Notes: generated from the sequence alone by a model not told the origin. A stretch of 64,000 bases of DNA from an uncultured delta proteobacterium (GCA_963816145.1 CAWFJP010000015.1:165940-229939), one strand, 5' to 3'. Counted from the stretch's first letter, positions 38,680 to 50,393 are shown. Numbers and translations are program-made.

Positions 38680-40272
38680 TTAGACCTTCTTGCGTTGATG
38701 CGACAGATAGTCGACGAGCATGTACTCGCCGAGGCGGTCGGGGCGGCTGTAGAAGGCGCGGCCTTTGTTGATGCGGGTGAGATCGTCGACGAAGCCGCGC
38801 AGCACCGGGCTGTCGTCGAGCATGAAGGTGTTGATGGTGATGCCCTTGCGGGTGATCCGTTCGGCTTCTTTCAAAGTTTCTTCGGCGGCGCGCTGGCTGA
38901 TGCCGCCGAAACTGAGCGGCCATTCGCAGTAAAGCCGTCCTTGCCGGCAGTAGGCCGTGGGCTGGCCGTCGGTGATGACGATGATCTGCTGATTGGCGCT
39001 CGGTTTGCGGTCGAGCATGGTCGAGGCCAGGTGCAAGCCGTCCTGCAAGTTTGTAAACGGATCGCCCATGTTCCAGGTCGCCTGGGGCAAGTCTTTGGCC
39101 TTGAGTTCGACGGCGCGGGTGAAGAAACCGACGATGCCGAAGTAGTCGCGCGGATAGAGCGCCCGCACCAGACTCTCCATCGCCAGGGCGACTTTTTTCG
39201 CCGCGGCGAAGCGCCCTTCCCAGCTCATCGACCAGCTCATGTCTAACAACAACACGGTGGCAGCCCGGGTATTGAGCTCGGTTTCGTAAACCGAAAAATC
39301 CCTGGGGCTGATCCGGACCGGCACGCCGCCGCCGCGCACCAGCGCGTTCTTCAAAGTCTGGATCATGTTGATGTGCAAGGGATCGCCCTGCACATAGGGC
39401 TTGTTGCTTTCAAGGATAAGTTCTTGGCTGCCGCGTTTGCTCGTCGAGTGGCGCCCCATGCCGTCGCGGCGCAATTGTTTATAAATATCCCGCAGGGCGA
39501 GTTGGCCGATGCGGCGCACGCCTTTGGGCGTCAACTCGAAGCGATCGCCGCTCTCCAGCACATAACCGCCCTCTTCGAGCAGCGACTGCATGCGCATGAT
39601 GCCCTCGAAATCCTGCTTGGGATCGCCGCCGAGAAGCTTTTCCAACAGATCCTTATCGACATCCTTCAACTGCATGCTCGACAGCTGCGACTCGAGCTTG
39701 CGCAGGTCTTCCATGCGCTCCATCATCTCCTGCGACTGCTGGAAGTCCATCGGCGTTTGGCCGCGGAACAAGCTGCCTTCCCGGCGCAGCCAGTTCTCGA
39801 GCTTGCGGATCTGTTCGAGCTGCATCACCAACTGCTCGAAATCTTTTTCAGCGCCGGAGTCTTCAAACCGGTAGGACGTGAGCTTGTCGATGGCGTCGCT
39901 AGTCTTGCCCGGCAGATCGTTCAAGAACTGTTTCTTTTCCTGAACATCTTGGCCCGATTGATCCATCTGTTCGAGCGTCTGCTGCTCTTGATCGACCACC
40001 GAGTCAAGCTTCTCCTGCACCTCGTCCATCGCCGATTGCAGCTTGTACTCGTCGTAGAGTTTGCGCATCTCGCGCGCCACTTGCGCCAACAGATCTTCGA
40101 TGCCCTTGGTCTGCTTCTCGCCCTGCTTGAGCCCCTTCTGCATCAGCCGGCGCATCGCCTGCTGCAGATCGCCCGTGTCGTTCATGTTGTCGTTCAACTG
40201 ATCGAACACCGACTCGGGATCGAGGGAATCTCCGCCGCTGGCGGTCCAGCGGCTATAGCGAATATGCACCAT
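38680..40272 (-). CDS. VWA domain-containing protein
   Basis: LLDMSWSM, TNLQDGL, VITDGQPTA MIDAS motifs. Confidence 0.9.
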   Translation of the reverse strand: MVHIRYSRWTASGGDSLDPESVFDQLNDNMNDTGDLQQAMRRLMQKGLKQGEKQTKGIEDLLAQVAREMRKLYDEYKLQSAMDEVQEKLDSVVDQEQQTLEQMDQSGQDVQEKKQFLNDLPGKTSDAIDKLTSYRFEDSGAEKDFEQLVMQLEQIRKLENWLRREGSLFRGQTPMDFQQSQEMMERMEDLRKLESQLSSMQLKDVDKDLLEKLLGGDPKQDFEGIMRMQSLLEEGGYVLESGDRFELTPKGVRRIGQLALRDIYKQLRRDGMGRHSTSKRGSQELILESNKPYVQGDPLHINMIQTLKNALVRGGGVPVRISPRDFSVYETELNTRAATVLLLDMSWSMSWEGRFAAAKKVALAMESLVRALYPRDYFGIVGFFTRAVELKAKDLPQATWNMGDPFTNLQDGLHLASTMLDRKPSANQQIIVITDGQPTAYCRQGRLYCEWPLSFGGISQRAAEETLKEAERITRKGITINTFMLDDSPVLRGFVDDLTRINKGRAFYSRPDRLGEYMLVDYLSHQRKKV

Positions 40273-40316
40273 TAAATATCTTTCGGGGGTTCGGTTGAGC
40301 CGCGACGGCCCTGCGC

Positions 40317-41714
40317 CTACTTGCCGTAGGTGACCCGGCCGCCTTCCATTTCTTTGTTGAGCTTCTGATGCAGATGCAGTCCTTCGAGGACGAACTCCGT
40401 GGCCGAGGCCATCAGCGCCGGCGACTCTTGGATGCCCAAAGTTTTAATCGCCTCCTTGAGTCCGGGTATCTCTTTAATGCCTTCAAGGTAATCCTGCGCG
40501 GCCATCTGATCGGAGACCTCGACGCCCCAGCCGGAATTGAAATACTCGATCACCTTCTGCAACGAGTTGAGGCTGAAATGCTGGTCGAAGACTTTTACGA
40601 TGGAGCGGTTAATCAACTTCTCGACCAACTCGTCTTCTTTCTTTTCTTCGCCGACATATTCCATCTCGATCTTGCCGGCGGTGGAAGCCATCAACGCATG
40701 CAGGTCGCTCACCCGCGGCACGATGTCGTTCTCCTTGCAGCGCAACGAGCGTTTCTCGGCGTTGCTGATCAAGCTCTCATAGTTGTTGATGGTCACGCGC
40801 ACGCTGACGCCCGACGACTGGTTGATCTCGTTGGATTTGCGCGCCTCGAAGGTCAGATTACCGAGGATCTCCTTCATGAAGCGCGGCACTTCGACTTTGC
40901 GGCTGCGGCTGTCGGTCCACAACGCTTCCTGCTCCATGATGTTGATCTCGTCTTCGATATTTTTCGGATAATGCGTGCGGATCTGCACGTCGAAGCGGTC
41001 CTTGAGCGGCGTGATGATGCGGCCGCGGCTGGTATAATCTTCCGGGTTGGCGCTGGCGACGATCACGACATCGAGGGGCAGGCGGATCTTGTAGCCTTTG
41101 ATCTGAACGTCTTTTTCTTCCATCAGGTTGAACAGGCCGACTTGAACTTTTTCCGTCAAGTCGGGCAGCTCATTGATGGCGAAGATGCCGCGGTTGGTGC
41201 GCGGCACCAAGCCGTAATGGATCGTTTCCTCGTCGGCGAGATAGCGCCCTTCGGCAACTTTGATCGGATCGATTTCGCCGACTATATCGGCGATCGAGAC
41301 ATCGGGTGTAGCGAGTTTCTCGCCGTAGCGCTGGTCGCGGTCGATCCAGCGAATCGGCAAGGCATCGCCGAGTTCAGCCGCCTTTTTACGGCAGCCGCTG
41401 CAAATCGGCGCCATCGGGCTATCGTTGATTTCACAGCCATCGACGATGGGAATCCGCTCATCGAGCAAATTTAACAAGCCGCGGATGATGCGTGATTTAC
41501 CTTGGCCCCGTTCGCCCAAAAACACCATGTGATGGCCGGACAGAATCGCGTTTTCGATTTCCGGTATGACCGTGTCCTGGTAGCCGACGATTCCAGGCAG
41601 GATGGGCTCGCCGCTTTCCAGATGGCGCACCAAATTTTTGCGCATCTCATCACGCACAGTCAACACCGCAACCCCGCTCTTTTTGAGTTCCCCTAAAGTT
41701 TTTGCCTCACTCAC
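40317..41714 (-). CDS. AAA+ ATPase (Mg-chelatase-like), VWA partner
   Basis: GERGQGKS, EKLATPD, INELPDL, ANPEDY. Confidence 0.88.
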   Translation of the reverse strand: MSEAKTLGELKKSGVAVLTVRDEMRKNLVRHLESGEPILPGIVGYQDTVIPEIENAILSGHHMVFLGERGQGKSRIIRGLLNLLDERIPIVDGCEINDSPMAPICSGCRKKAAELGDALPIRWIDRDQRYGEKLATPDVSIADIVGEIDPIKVAEGRYLADEETIHYGLVPRTNRGIFAINELPDLTEKVQVGLFNLMEEKDVQIKGYKIRLPLDVVIVASANPEDYTSRGRIITPLKDRFDVQIRTHYPKNIEDEINIMEQEALWTDSRSRKVEVPRFMKEILGNLTFEARKSNEINQSSGVSVRVTINNYESLISNAEKRSLRCKENDIVPRVSDLHALMASTAGKIEMEYVGEEKKEDELVEKLINRSIVKVFDQHFSLNSLQKVIEYFNSGWGVEVSDQMAAQDYLEGIKEIPGLKEAIKTLGIQESPALMASATEFVLEGLHLHQKLNKEMEGGRVTYGK

Positions 41715-41802
41715 TTGACTTGGCCTCCCCTTGGAAGAGTTATTATTGACAGTTCCCGTTTTGCGCTTGGCAGTGCCAAGCTATCACGTTGCCCTAGCGA
41801 AC

Positions 41803-42297
41803 TTAAACCATAAGTTTTTGAAAATGCGGCGCCAGCCGGTCGTAGCTGTCGGCCAAATGCTGCGGCATCACCCGAGTCTCCGCCACCACCGGCATGAAAT
41901 TGGTGTCGCCGTCCCAGCGCGGCACGATATGCCAGTGCAGATGATCGTCGATACCGGCGCCGGCGCATTTGCCGAGATTCATCCCGACATTGACGCCGCC
42001 GGGATGATAGACTTGTTTGGTGATCTCGATGGCGCGGCGCAGGACCTCACTTAGATCGCTATATTCTTCCGGCGTTAAATTGGCCAGACTATTCTCATGA
42101 TGCTTGGGCGCGACCAGCAGGTGACCATTGTTGTAGGGATACTTGTTCATCATGACGACCGTGTACCGGCTATGCGCCAGCACTAATCCCGCTTTCAAGT
42201 CACCCTGCCGATACTTGGTGCAAAAGATACAACCCGGCTCCTTGGCGCCGTCATCGATATACGCCATTCGCCAAGGCGCCCACAGCTGCTGCATCAA
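41803..42297 (-). CDS. HIT family hydrolase
   Basis: LWAPWRMAY, NKYPYNNGH, HLHWHIVPRW. Confidence 0.92.
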   Translation of the reverse strand: MMQQLWAPWRMAYIDDGAKEPGCIFCTKYRQGDLKAGLVLAHSRYTVVMMNKYPYNNGHLLVAPKHHENSLANLTPEEYSDLSEVLRRAIEITKQVYHPGGVNVGMNLGKCAGAGIDDHLHWHIVPRWDGDTNFMPVVAETRVMPQHLADSYDRLAPHFQKLMV

Positions 42298-42605
42298 TCC
42301 TCTCCGTCAATCTCCGGGTCGTATGGCTTGCCGTCAACGCGCAAGCGCAGCTCTTTGCCGACCTTGAAAAATGGCACTCGTTTTGCCGCTACCGACACCA
42401 ACGCGCCGCTTTTCGGATTGCGTCCCTGCCGGGCACGGCGGTTCTTGACGACGAAACTACCAAAGCCACGGATCTCGATGCGGTCGCCGCCGGCAAGAGC
42501 ATCGACCATCGAATCGAAGATGGCGTTGATAATTACCTCCGAGTCTCGCCGTGAGAGATGAGGGAATCGCTTGTTCACCTCATCGATCAAGTCTCTTTTG
42601 GTCAT
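42294..42605 (-). CDS. ihfB: Integration host factor beta
   Basis: IEIRGFGSF, GRNPKSG, PFFKVGKEL. Confidence 0.9.
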   Translation of the reverse strand: MTKRDLIDEVNKRFPHLSRRDSEVIINAIFDSMVDALAGGDRIEIRGFGSFVVKNRRARQGRNPKSGALVSVAAKRVPFFKVGKELRLRVDGKPYDPEIDGED

Positions 42606-42669
42606 AGCATCACCCTCACAACAACAAAGGATTTTTTAGTTGGTTACGAAATTAAGCGGGTAACGGCTC

Positions 42670-43569
42670 TCACTGCAACAACGATAGCGACCATTCATAA
42701 CGCAGCCAGCCGCGCTCCGAGACCGGTAGCCGTACTCCAAACACTCCCATGAACAGCCGATCCCAAAAGTGCTCCCGCTCCGGGCGTGAATAATACACCG
42801 CAGGCTCAGCGTCCAGACCGACCCGCTTGGCCGCCAGATCGATGGCGTCCTCTAAAGTGCCGAATTGATCGACCAAACCGAGTTCCTTGGCTTGGGCACC
42901 GGAATAGATGCGACCGTCGGCAAGTTTGCGCACGCGCGCTTCGTCCATGCCGCGCCCCTTGGCAACGGCGCTGACAAACTGGCTATGTACATTGTCAACC
43001 AACGATTGCAAGATGTCGCGGCCCTCCGGCGACAACGGCTGAAACGGCGAGCCTATATCCTTATTGGCGCCGCTTTTGATATTGATGCCTTTGACGCCGA
43101 CTTTTTTCATCAACTCTTCGACGTTACTGAGCTGCATGATGACACCGATGGAACCGGTCATAGTGCCGGGATTGGCCAAGATCTTGTCGCAGGCGCTGGC
43201 GATATAATAACCGCCCGACGCAGCGACACTGCCCATGGACGCGATGCAAGGTTTTTTCTTTTTGGTTCGTTGAATCTCCTCGAAGATCTCTTGGGTGGGC
43301 GCCACGGCGCCCCCAGGACTATCGATCCGCACCACCACCGCCTTGATCCAGGGTGTCTGGCGAAAGCGCCGCAGCTCGCTAAGCACGACGCGCGGGTCGT
43401 CGATCGCCCCTTCAATCTGCAAAACCCCGACGCCGTCGCCCGAGAATAGCGACAACACTTTGGAGTCGCCACCGCTGAAATAAGCGTAGAAGAACGTGCC
43501 GCAAAAAACCACCAGGATAAATACGAACAAAATCCCCAGTCCGCGCAGGACCGAATGCTTGGTTGCCAT
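42670..43569 (-). CDS. sppA: Signal peptide peptidase SppA
   Basis: RIDSPGG, AASGGYYIA, GSIGV. Confidence 0.93.
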   Translation of the reverse strand: MATKHSVLRGLGILFVFILVVFCGTFFYAYFSGGDSKVLSLFSGDGVGVLQIEGAIDDPRVVLSELRRFRQTPWIKAVVVRIDSPGGAVAPTQEIFEEIQRTKKKKPCIASMGSVAASGGYYIASACDKILANPGTMTGSIGVIMQLSNVEELMKKVGVKGINIKSGANKDIGSPFQPLSPEGRDILQSLVDNVHSQFVSAVAKGRGMDEARVRKLADGRIYSGAQAKELGLVDQFGTLEDAIDLAAKRVGLDAEPAVYYSRPEREHFWDRLFMGVFGVRLPVSERGWLRYEWSLSLLQ

Positions 43570-43596
43570 AATCGCTCTAATCCGCTGCGCCGCTGG

Positions 43597-45342
43597 CTAG
43601 GTGCGCCCTTTGCGGCCGCGGCCGCTCTCATCGTCGCGATCCAAGCGCAGCTCATCGCCCAAAAGCGACTCGAAGGAAAACCGGCCGCCCTCTTTTTCCC
43701 GTTTGAGATAGCTCTCCATCTCTTGACGCTCTTCGGAGCGACGCAGCGCCCTTACGCTGAGTCCGATCTTGCGGTCGTTGAGATCGATGCTCACGACCTC
43801 GGCTTCGACCTCGTCGCCGACTTTGTACAGGCTCGACGGTTTGTCGACCCGCTCGGTGCTCAATTGCGACACATGGATCAATCCTTCGACGCCCTCGTCG
43901 ATCCGCACGAACACGCCGAAGTCCGGCACGCTGGTAACCTGGCCCCTGAGCTTAGAACCGACAGGATACTTGTCAGCCACAGCTTTCCAGGGATCCGGAG
44001 TGATCTGTTTGATGCCGAGTGAGAAGCGTTCATTCTCGACATTGACGCCCAACACTTTGGCTTCGACGATGTCACCCTTTTTGTAGAGTTCCGATGGGTG
44101 TTTGACCTTCTTGGTCCAGTGCAGGTCCGATATATGAACCAGGCCATCAATGCCTTCCTCGATACCGACAAAAATACCGAAATCGGTGATGTTGCGCACC
44201 GGGCCGCTGACCACGGTCCCGACCGGATATTTGTCCCGTGCGGCTTCCCAAGGATTGGCCATCACCTGCTTTAAGCCCAAGGATATCCGCCGGTGGCCCG
44301 GGTCGACGTTGAGCACGACGACTTCGACTTGCTGGTTCACCTGCAAGAGCTTCGATGGATGGGTCACTTTACGCGTCCAGGACATCTCGGAGATATGAAT
44401 CAATCCTTCGATGCCGCTTTCCAACTCCACGAACGCGCCGTAGTCCATGATGCTGATCACTTTGCCCTGCACCCGGGCACCGATGCGGTATTTCTCCGCC
44501 ACGGTTTGCCAGGGGTCCGGCGTGAGCTGCTTCATGCCGAGGGAGATGCGCTCCTTCTCGGTGTCGAACTTGAGCACGACGACCTTGACGGTTTCGCCGA
44601 CTTGGACGATTTCGGAAGGATGGCTGATTCGCCCCCAAGACATATCGCTGATATGCAGAATACCGTCGATGCCACCGAGATCGACGAAAGCGCCGTAACC
44701 GGTGATGTTCTTGATCACGCCTTCGAGAATCACGCCTTCTTCAAGAACCTTGAGAATCTCTTGCTTGAGCTCGCCGCGTTCCTTTTCCAGGAGTTCGCGC
44801 CGCGACAACACGACATTGCCGCGCATGCGGTTGAATTTTAGAATCGCGAAGCGATCCTTGGTGCCGATGAAACGGTCGAGGTTGCGGTTGGGCCGAATAT
44901 CAACATGGGAGCCCGGCAAAAATGCCGGGATGCCGATATCGACTTTAAAGCCGCCTTTGACCTTGCCAACGATCAGCCCCTCGATGCCGCGGCCTTCATT
45001 GAACGCCTTTTCGATCTCATCCCAGACTTTGAGATTCTCGGCGCGCAAGCGCGACAGTTGAATGCCACCGCTCTCGCTCTCCGAAGAGTCAAAATAGACA
45101 TCGACATCGTCGCCGACTTTGACGTTGACGTTGCCTTCCCGGTCGGTGAACTCATGGATTGGGATCTGCCCCTCGGACTTGTAGCCGACATCGATCAAAA
45201 CATGGGTCGAGGTAATACCGACGACCCGGCCTTTGACGATGCCGCCGGGCTTTACCGTACGCAGGCTCTCTTCAAACATCGCTTCGAATTCACTGGCGCC
45301 GCCTGCCGCTGCGCGGTCTTTTTGTTGTTCCTGTTCAGCCAT
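43597..45342 (-). CDS. rpsA: 30S ribosomal protein S1
   Basis: Repeated S1 domains; DVGYKSEG, GAFVDLGG. Confidence 0.97.
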   Translation of the reverse strand: MAEQEQQKDRAAAGGASEFEAMFEESLRTVKPGGIVKGRVVGITSTHVLIDVGYKSEGQIPIHEFTDREGNVNVKVGDDVDVYFDSSESESGGIQLSRLRAENLKVWDEIEKAFNEGRGIEGLIVGKVKGGFKVDIGIPAFLPGSHVDIRPNRNLDRFIGTKDRFAILKFNRMRGNVVLSRRELLEKERGELKQEILKVLEEGVILEGVIKNITGYGAFVDLGGIDGILHISDMSWGRISHPSEIVQVGETVKVVVLKFDTEKERISLGMKQLTPDPWQTVAEKYRIGARVQGKVISIMDYGAFVELESGIEGLIHISEMSWTRKVTHPSKLLQVNQQVEVVVLNVDPGHRRISLGLKQVMANPWEAARDKYPVGTVVSGPVRNITDFGIFVGIEEGIDGLVHISDLHWTKKVKHPSELYKKGDIVEAKVLGVNVENERFSLGIKQITPDPWKAVADKYPVGSKLRGQVTSVPDFGVFVRIDEGVEGLIHVSQLSTERVDKPSSLYKVGDEVEAEVVSIDLNDRKIGLSVRALRRSEERQEMESYLKREKEGGRFSFESLLGDELRLDRDDESGRGRKGRT

Positions 45343-45362
45343 GAAAACCAACTCCGATCTAT

Positions 45363-46088
45363 TTAATTTTCTCTTGCTTTGTTCTTAATTTGATTGAGCA
45401 CCAACGCCGCCACTTGCTCGGCATCGACCGACGACGAATCGACCAGCAGCGCGTCCGCCGCCTTGCACAGCGGCGCAATGTCGCGCCCGCGATCGCGCTG
45501 GTCGCGCTCCTCGATCTCGCGCAAGGTCTCCTGCAAATCCACTTGGCGGCCGGCCGCCGTGAGTTCCTGGCAACGGCGCCGAGCCCGCTCTTCCGGCGAG
45601 GCATCGAGATAGATTTTCACGTCGGCCCCGGGAAAAATCACCGTGCCGATATCGCGCCCTTCGGCCACCACACTGCCGCGCCGGCCCAGGGCACGCTGGA
45701 GTACCAACATGCGGTCACGGACTTTTTTCAGCGCCGATACTTTCGACGCCATCTGGCTAACCGCCGGCGTCCGGATCTGCCCACTGACATCCTCGCCGTC
45801 TAGCAGCACATCGAGGTTTCCGTCACGATGGCGCAGATCGATCTCCGTTTCATCTACCAGCTGGCCAAGGCGGCTATCATCCGCCAAGTCTACCGCCTGA
45901 CGCAAGACCTTCAAGGCCAACGCCCGGTACATCGCGCCAGTATCGAGGTAAATGAATCCGAGGTCCTTAGCCAAACGTTTGGCTAAAGTGCTTTTGCCGG
46001 CTCCCGACGGCCCGTCGATGGCAATAATCAACCGATTCCCCTTTGGTTTGGGCCGACTATCCTCTCTCCCTGCCGCTATTGCAAACAA
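45363..46088 (-). CDS. cmk: Cytidylate kinase (start uncertain)
   Basis: IAIDGPSGAGKST, LDTGAMYR, EGRDIGT. Confidence 0.95.
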   Translation of the reverse strand: MFAIAAGREDSRPKPKGNRLIIAIDGPSGAGKSTLAKRLAKDLGFIYLDTGAMYRALALKVLRQAVDLADDSRLGQLVDETEIDLRHRDGNLDVLLDGEDVSGQIRTPAVSQMASKVSALKKVRDRMLVLQRALGRRGSVVAEGRDIGTVIFPGADVKIYLDASPEERARRRCQELTAAGRQVDLQETLREIEERDQRDRGRDIAPLCKAADALLVDSSSVDAEQVAALVLNQIKNKAREN

Positions 46089-47362
46089 ATTTGCTCCAGC
46101 AAATCGAAGAAGGTCGGGAACGAAATACTGGCGCAGCGCGGATCGTCGATCTCGACCCCGTCCCGGCTAGTCAGGCCTGCGATGGCAAACGACATCGCCA
46201 CTCGATGGTCGGCAAAACTGCGCACCGCGCCGCCACTTAACTTCGACCCGCCGAAAATCGTCATGCTGTCTTCGCTTTCCTCGACTTTGACACCCAGGTT
46301 GCGCAGCCCCTCGGTCATTGCGGCGATGCGGTCGGACTCTTTGACGCGCAATTCCTTGACATCGACAAAGCGGGTGACGCCATCGGCAACTGCGCCGGCG
46401 ATCGCCAGGATCGGATATTCATCGATGGTGCGCGCCACCAATTCGGCGCCGACATTGACGCCGCGCAGTGGACCGCCGGTAACACGAATGTCGACCACCC
46501 GCTCCCCCGCCTCGGTGCGTTCATTGAACAATTCAAGCGCCGCGCCCATGGCACGCAACACCGCGACGACGCCATCGCGGGTCGGATTACAGCCGACGTT
46601 GCGGACCGTCACGTCCGAGCCGGGAATCATCGCCGCGGCGACCAGAAAAAACGCCGCCGAAGAAATGTCACCGGGTATCCGCAGATCTTGGCCGCGCAAG
46701 AGCTGCCCGCCTTTGAGCGAAATATGCGCGCCATCCACGCCGACTGCGCCACCGAAACCGCGGATCATCACTTCCGTGTGATCGCGCGAGCGCTGCGGCT
46801 CCTCGATTTGGGTTTCCCCGTCGGCCTGCAGCGCCGCCAGCAGAATCGCCGATTTCACCTGAGCGCTGGCGATCGGCATGCAATAGTGCATGCCATGGAG
46901 GCCACCGCCGTCGATTTCCAGCGGCGCCAAACCGTTGCCGGTCTTGCTGCGAATCTTGGCGCCCATCCGAGTCAACGGATCGATCACCCGCTGCATCGGC
47001 CGTTGGCGGATCGAAGCGTCGCCGTCGAGTTCACTGTGAAACGGTAAACCGGAGAGCAGCCCGGACATGAGCCGGATGGTCGTGCCGGAGTTGCCGCAGT
47101 CGATCGCTTCGCTCGCCTGGCGCAGCCCGGCGAACCCCTTGCCCTCGACGCACAGCGCATCACCATCGCGGCCGATCTCCACACCCAACTGGCGAAACGC
47201 CCGCACCGTGCGCGAATTATCCTCGCCGCCGGATAAGTTGAAGATCCGCGTGCGCCCTTGGGCGATACTGCCAAAGATCACCGCCCGGTGGGCGATCGAC
47301 TTGTCGCCCGGCACGGCGATGACGCCATGGAGCGGTTTCTTGATCGGCTCGATCCGTTTCAT
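46076..47362 (-). CDS. aroA: EPSP synthase
   Basis: PGDKSIAHR, GNSGTT, SAQVKSA, KESDRI, DHRVAMS. Confidence 0.96.
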   Translation of the reverse strand: MKRIEPIKKPLHGVIAVPGDKSIAHRAVIFGSIAQGRTRIFNLSGGEDNSRTVRAFRQLGVEIGRDGDALCVEGKGFAGLRQASEAIDCGNSGTTIRLMSGLLSGLPFHSELDGDASIRQRPMQRVIDPLTRMGAKIRSKTGNGLAPLEIDGGGLHGMHYCMPIASAQVKSAILLAALQADGETQIEEPQRSRDHTEVMIRGFGGAVGVDGAHISLKGGQLLRGQDLRIPGDISSAAFFLVAAAMIPGSDVTVRNVGCNPTRDGVVAVLRAMGAALELFNERTEAGERVVDIRVTGGPLRGVNVGAELVARTIDEYPILAIAGAVADGVTRFVDVKELRVKESDRIAAMTEGLRNLGVKVEESEDSMTIFGGSKLSGGAVRSFADHRVAMSFAIAGLTSRDGVEIDDPRCASISFPTFFDLLEQICLQ

Positions 47363-47462
47363 GGTCAGATCTCTAGGGGATCTGCGCGCGAGTTTCGTAG
47401 GCGCGCGTGAACTCCTTTTCCAGCAAGCCGCCCTTTTCATCGTGAATCCAACCTGAGGACGG

Positions 47463-47826
47463 GTGGAAACGAAGAGATTCATCTACTATCAGGAAGACGA
47501 CATGTTTGTCGGCTGGCTGGAGGAGTTTCCAGACTACCGCACCCAGGGAGAAACACTCGAGCAACTTTCAGGAAAACCTGAAAGACATCTATAGCGAACT
47601 CACAAGCGGAGAGATCCCTTGTGTACATAGGGTTGGGGAACTCATTCCTGGGATGAAGCGGACAGCACTCGTTCACATACTTGAGCAAAGGGGCTGTGTG
47701 TTGATTTGTCATGGCGGTTGCCATGACTGGTACTAAAATCCAGAGACCAAGACATCGCAACCCGTCCCAAGGCATCGCGAGATCAAAGACGAGTCTCGCA
47801 ACGCACATCATTAAGATGCTGAGTTG
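47463..47826 (+). pseudogene. HicB-HicA toxin-antitoxin pair with indels and a stop
   Basis: FVGWLEEFPDYRTQGETLE...ENLKDIY; MKRTALVH.LEQ.GC...HGG.HDWY*NP...VPRHREI. Confidence 0.7.
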
Positions 47827-47858
47827 ATCGGCTGGCTGAGGAGAGAATTGTTTGGGCT

Positions 47859-49221
47859 ATGGTGATGAGAGTGAACCCGCCGCAAGCTTGTGCGCCCGCG
47901 ACGTAGAGGATCCTGTCCCGGCCCCTCTGGTCCGTCCAGCTCCGCCAACTTCTGGCTGGCCGTGGCCAATGGCACGCTGGCCGTAGGCGGGACCGCCTTT
48001 TTCGCCTCGGAAACGGTGATGGCCGGATTGGTCCACAAGCTGACGGGTTCACCGTTCTGCGTGGGCCTGACCTGTACGGTCTTCGCGGTGGGGTGGCTTT
48101 GGCCGGCCGTGTTTGTGGGCAGCCTCATCGAACACCAGCAACGCAAAATGCCGATGTATATCCTGTCGGCCTTTGGCCGGCTGCTGGGCCTGATGCTCGT
48201 GCGCCACAGTCATCCTCTTCTGGCGCGGCAGTCCTATGACGCTTTTTCTCATAGTGCTCGCATGCTATGCGGTGTACTCGACTTCCGGCGGGGTCTGCAC
48301 GATTCCGTTCATGGACATTGTGGCAAAGACCGTGCCCCGCCGCCGTATGCACATGCTCTTCTCATACCGCCAACTGTTCGGCGGCGTCGTGGGATTTCTG
48401 GCGGGGGTCGTGGTGGTCAAGCTGCTTTCCGTAACCACCGAGCCGCGGCAATACGCCTTTCTTATCCTGCTCGGCACGTTCGTGTCCGTCCTCGCGTATC
48501 TCGCCTTTATGAACGTTCGGGAACCGGTCGAACCTGTGCCTGCCCGTCGCGTCCCGTTCATGGACTTTCTCAAACGCGGCCCGGTTATCTTCCGTCGCGA
48601 CAGCGACTACCGGCGCCTGTTCCTGTATCGGTGCTTCTGGTCATTCGCGGCGATGTCGCAGGCGGTATTCGTCTTTGTACGGCGTCGAATATCTCGACAC
48701 CCCTTACTCCCGGACCGGCTGGTTTGCGGCAGTGGTGGCGCTGGCCGGGGGGTTGTCCAGCATCGTCTGGGGCAGGGTGTCCCAGCGGTTTGGCGAGGTG
48801 GCTTTGTTGCGGTTATCTGCCGCGGCCCTGTTGCTGAGCCCATTGACGGCACTCGTCCTGGCTGTGCTGCTTCAATGGGAGGTAACGCATGCCTTCACCC
48901 TGGCCCATTATTTCCCCGCCTATCTGGTAATGTTCGGATTGCGCCACGGTCGCCTATAACGGATACGCCATCGCCGGCAGTATCTACCTGCTGTCGTTGT
49001 CGCCCCCTGACCGCCGCCCTACCTATGTCGGGTTCATGAACACCGTCTGCACCCCGCTCACGCTTGCCACCATCATGGCCGGGCTGCTTGCCGAACACGT
49101 TTCGTACACGCTGACATTTGCCTGCTTGGTTGTTGCAGGGGTCGTGGCACTGGCGGTTGCCCTGAAAATGCGCCCGCGCAAGGACGGCGATTATCCGGCG
49201 CTTGGGTTGGATAGCGTGTGA
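47859..49221 (+). CDS. MFS transporter, multiple frameshifts
   Basis: Hydrophobic segments across frames; FMDIVAKTVP, DSDYRRLFLYR, PPDRRPTYVG. Confidence 0.65.
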
Positions 49222-49237
49222 CGGCGTCGTCAACGAC

Positions 49238-50393
49238 TCAATCCAGCGTGCCCTCGTAAGCCTGCTCGTAAAACCGGACCAAGTCCTCCAAGTCAACCGG
49301 ACCAATCTGGTTCTGAAACCGCGCTTTGTTGGCAAAGACCTGTTCGGCGCACCAGCCCAGGCGGTCATGGTCTACGCCGTGGTCTCGGGCGGCAGGCGAG
49401 ACGCCCAGGTCGGCAAGAAAACGCGTACAGGGCGGCGACGATCTTCTCCGGCGTCTGCTGGCGTCGGTTCGGCGGGATAGCCCAAGGCGGTGGCCAGCGC
49501 CGCGACTTCCTTGGGGGCGTACCGGGCGTTATGACGGACACAGCGGGCGCGAGCAGCACCCCGTTGGCAAGCCCGTGGGGCACGCCAAACTCAAGAGTCA
49601 GGTGGTAGCCCAGACCGTGGACCAGGGTGGTCCCGCTCTGTGCAATCACGCACCCCGACAGCATGGCCGCAAACAGCATTTCGCCGCGCGCCTCGAGGTC
49701 CTGCCCGCTCTTGACCGCAACCGGTAGCCAATGCCTGACCCGCCGGCAGGCTTCAACCGCCAGGACGTTTCCGAACGCGGTTGATTTCACGGCCACCATG
49801 CCCTCCATGGCCTGACTCAGGGGCGTCAATCCCCGTGTTCGCCGTCACATGAGCGGGCATCGACACCGACAATTCGGGGTCGAGCAAAGCCAGCGCCGGA
49901 AACAGCGCACGGCCGCCAATGGTGCATTTCTGGTTCTTCTCGGGATTGACCAGTACGGCATAGGGTGTGACTTCGCTTCCGGTGCCGGCCGTCGTAGGCA
50001 CGGCGATGACGGGTAGCGCGCCCCGCACAAACGTGTCCGTGCCCACAAATCGAGGCAGCGACCGCCGTTCAGGGCCAGGCCCGCGATAGCCTTGGCCGCG
50101 TCCATGGCGCCCTCCCGCCAATGGCGATCACGGCAATCACAGCCCCCTGGCCGACAGACTGCGGCCCCTCGCTCGCAGGTCTCGGTTGTCGGATTCTCCT
50201 CGATGCCTTCGAAAATTCTGGTGGAAGCAGGGAGCTGAGCCAGTGCGCGTTCGAGCAGTCCCGAGGTTCGCGCAAACTGCCGGCCCACGACCACTAACGG
50301 CGCGCGGCCGAAGCTGGATGCATGTTCCCCCAAAACATTGAAGGTACCCTCGCCCATCACCACTTCGGTGGGCATGAAATACCGGAAGCTCAT
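49238..50393 (-). CDS. Iron-containing alcohol dehydrogenase, frameshifted
   Basis: FRYFMPTEVVMGEG, EENPT, VPTTAGTGSEVT, LDPEL, HGLGY..VPHG. Confidence 0.85.

Noticed and set aside
40368-41474. Long plus-strand ORFs (also 39373-40275, 15511-16503, 6544-7449)
   Set aside because: Antisense shadows of well-supported high-GC genes, with no motifs
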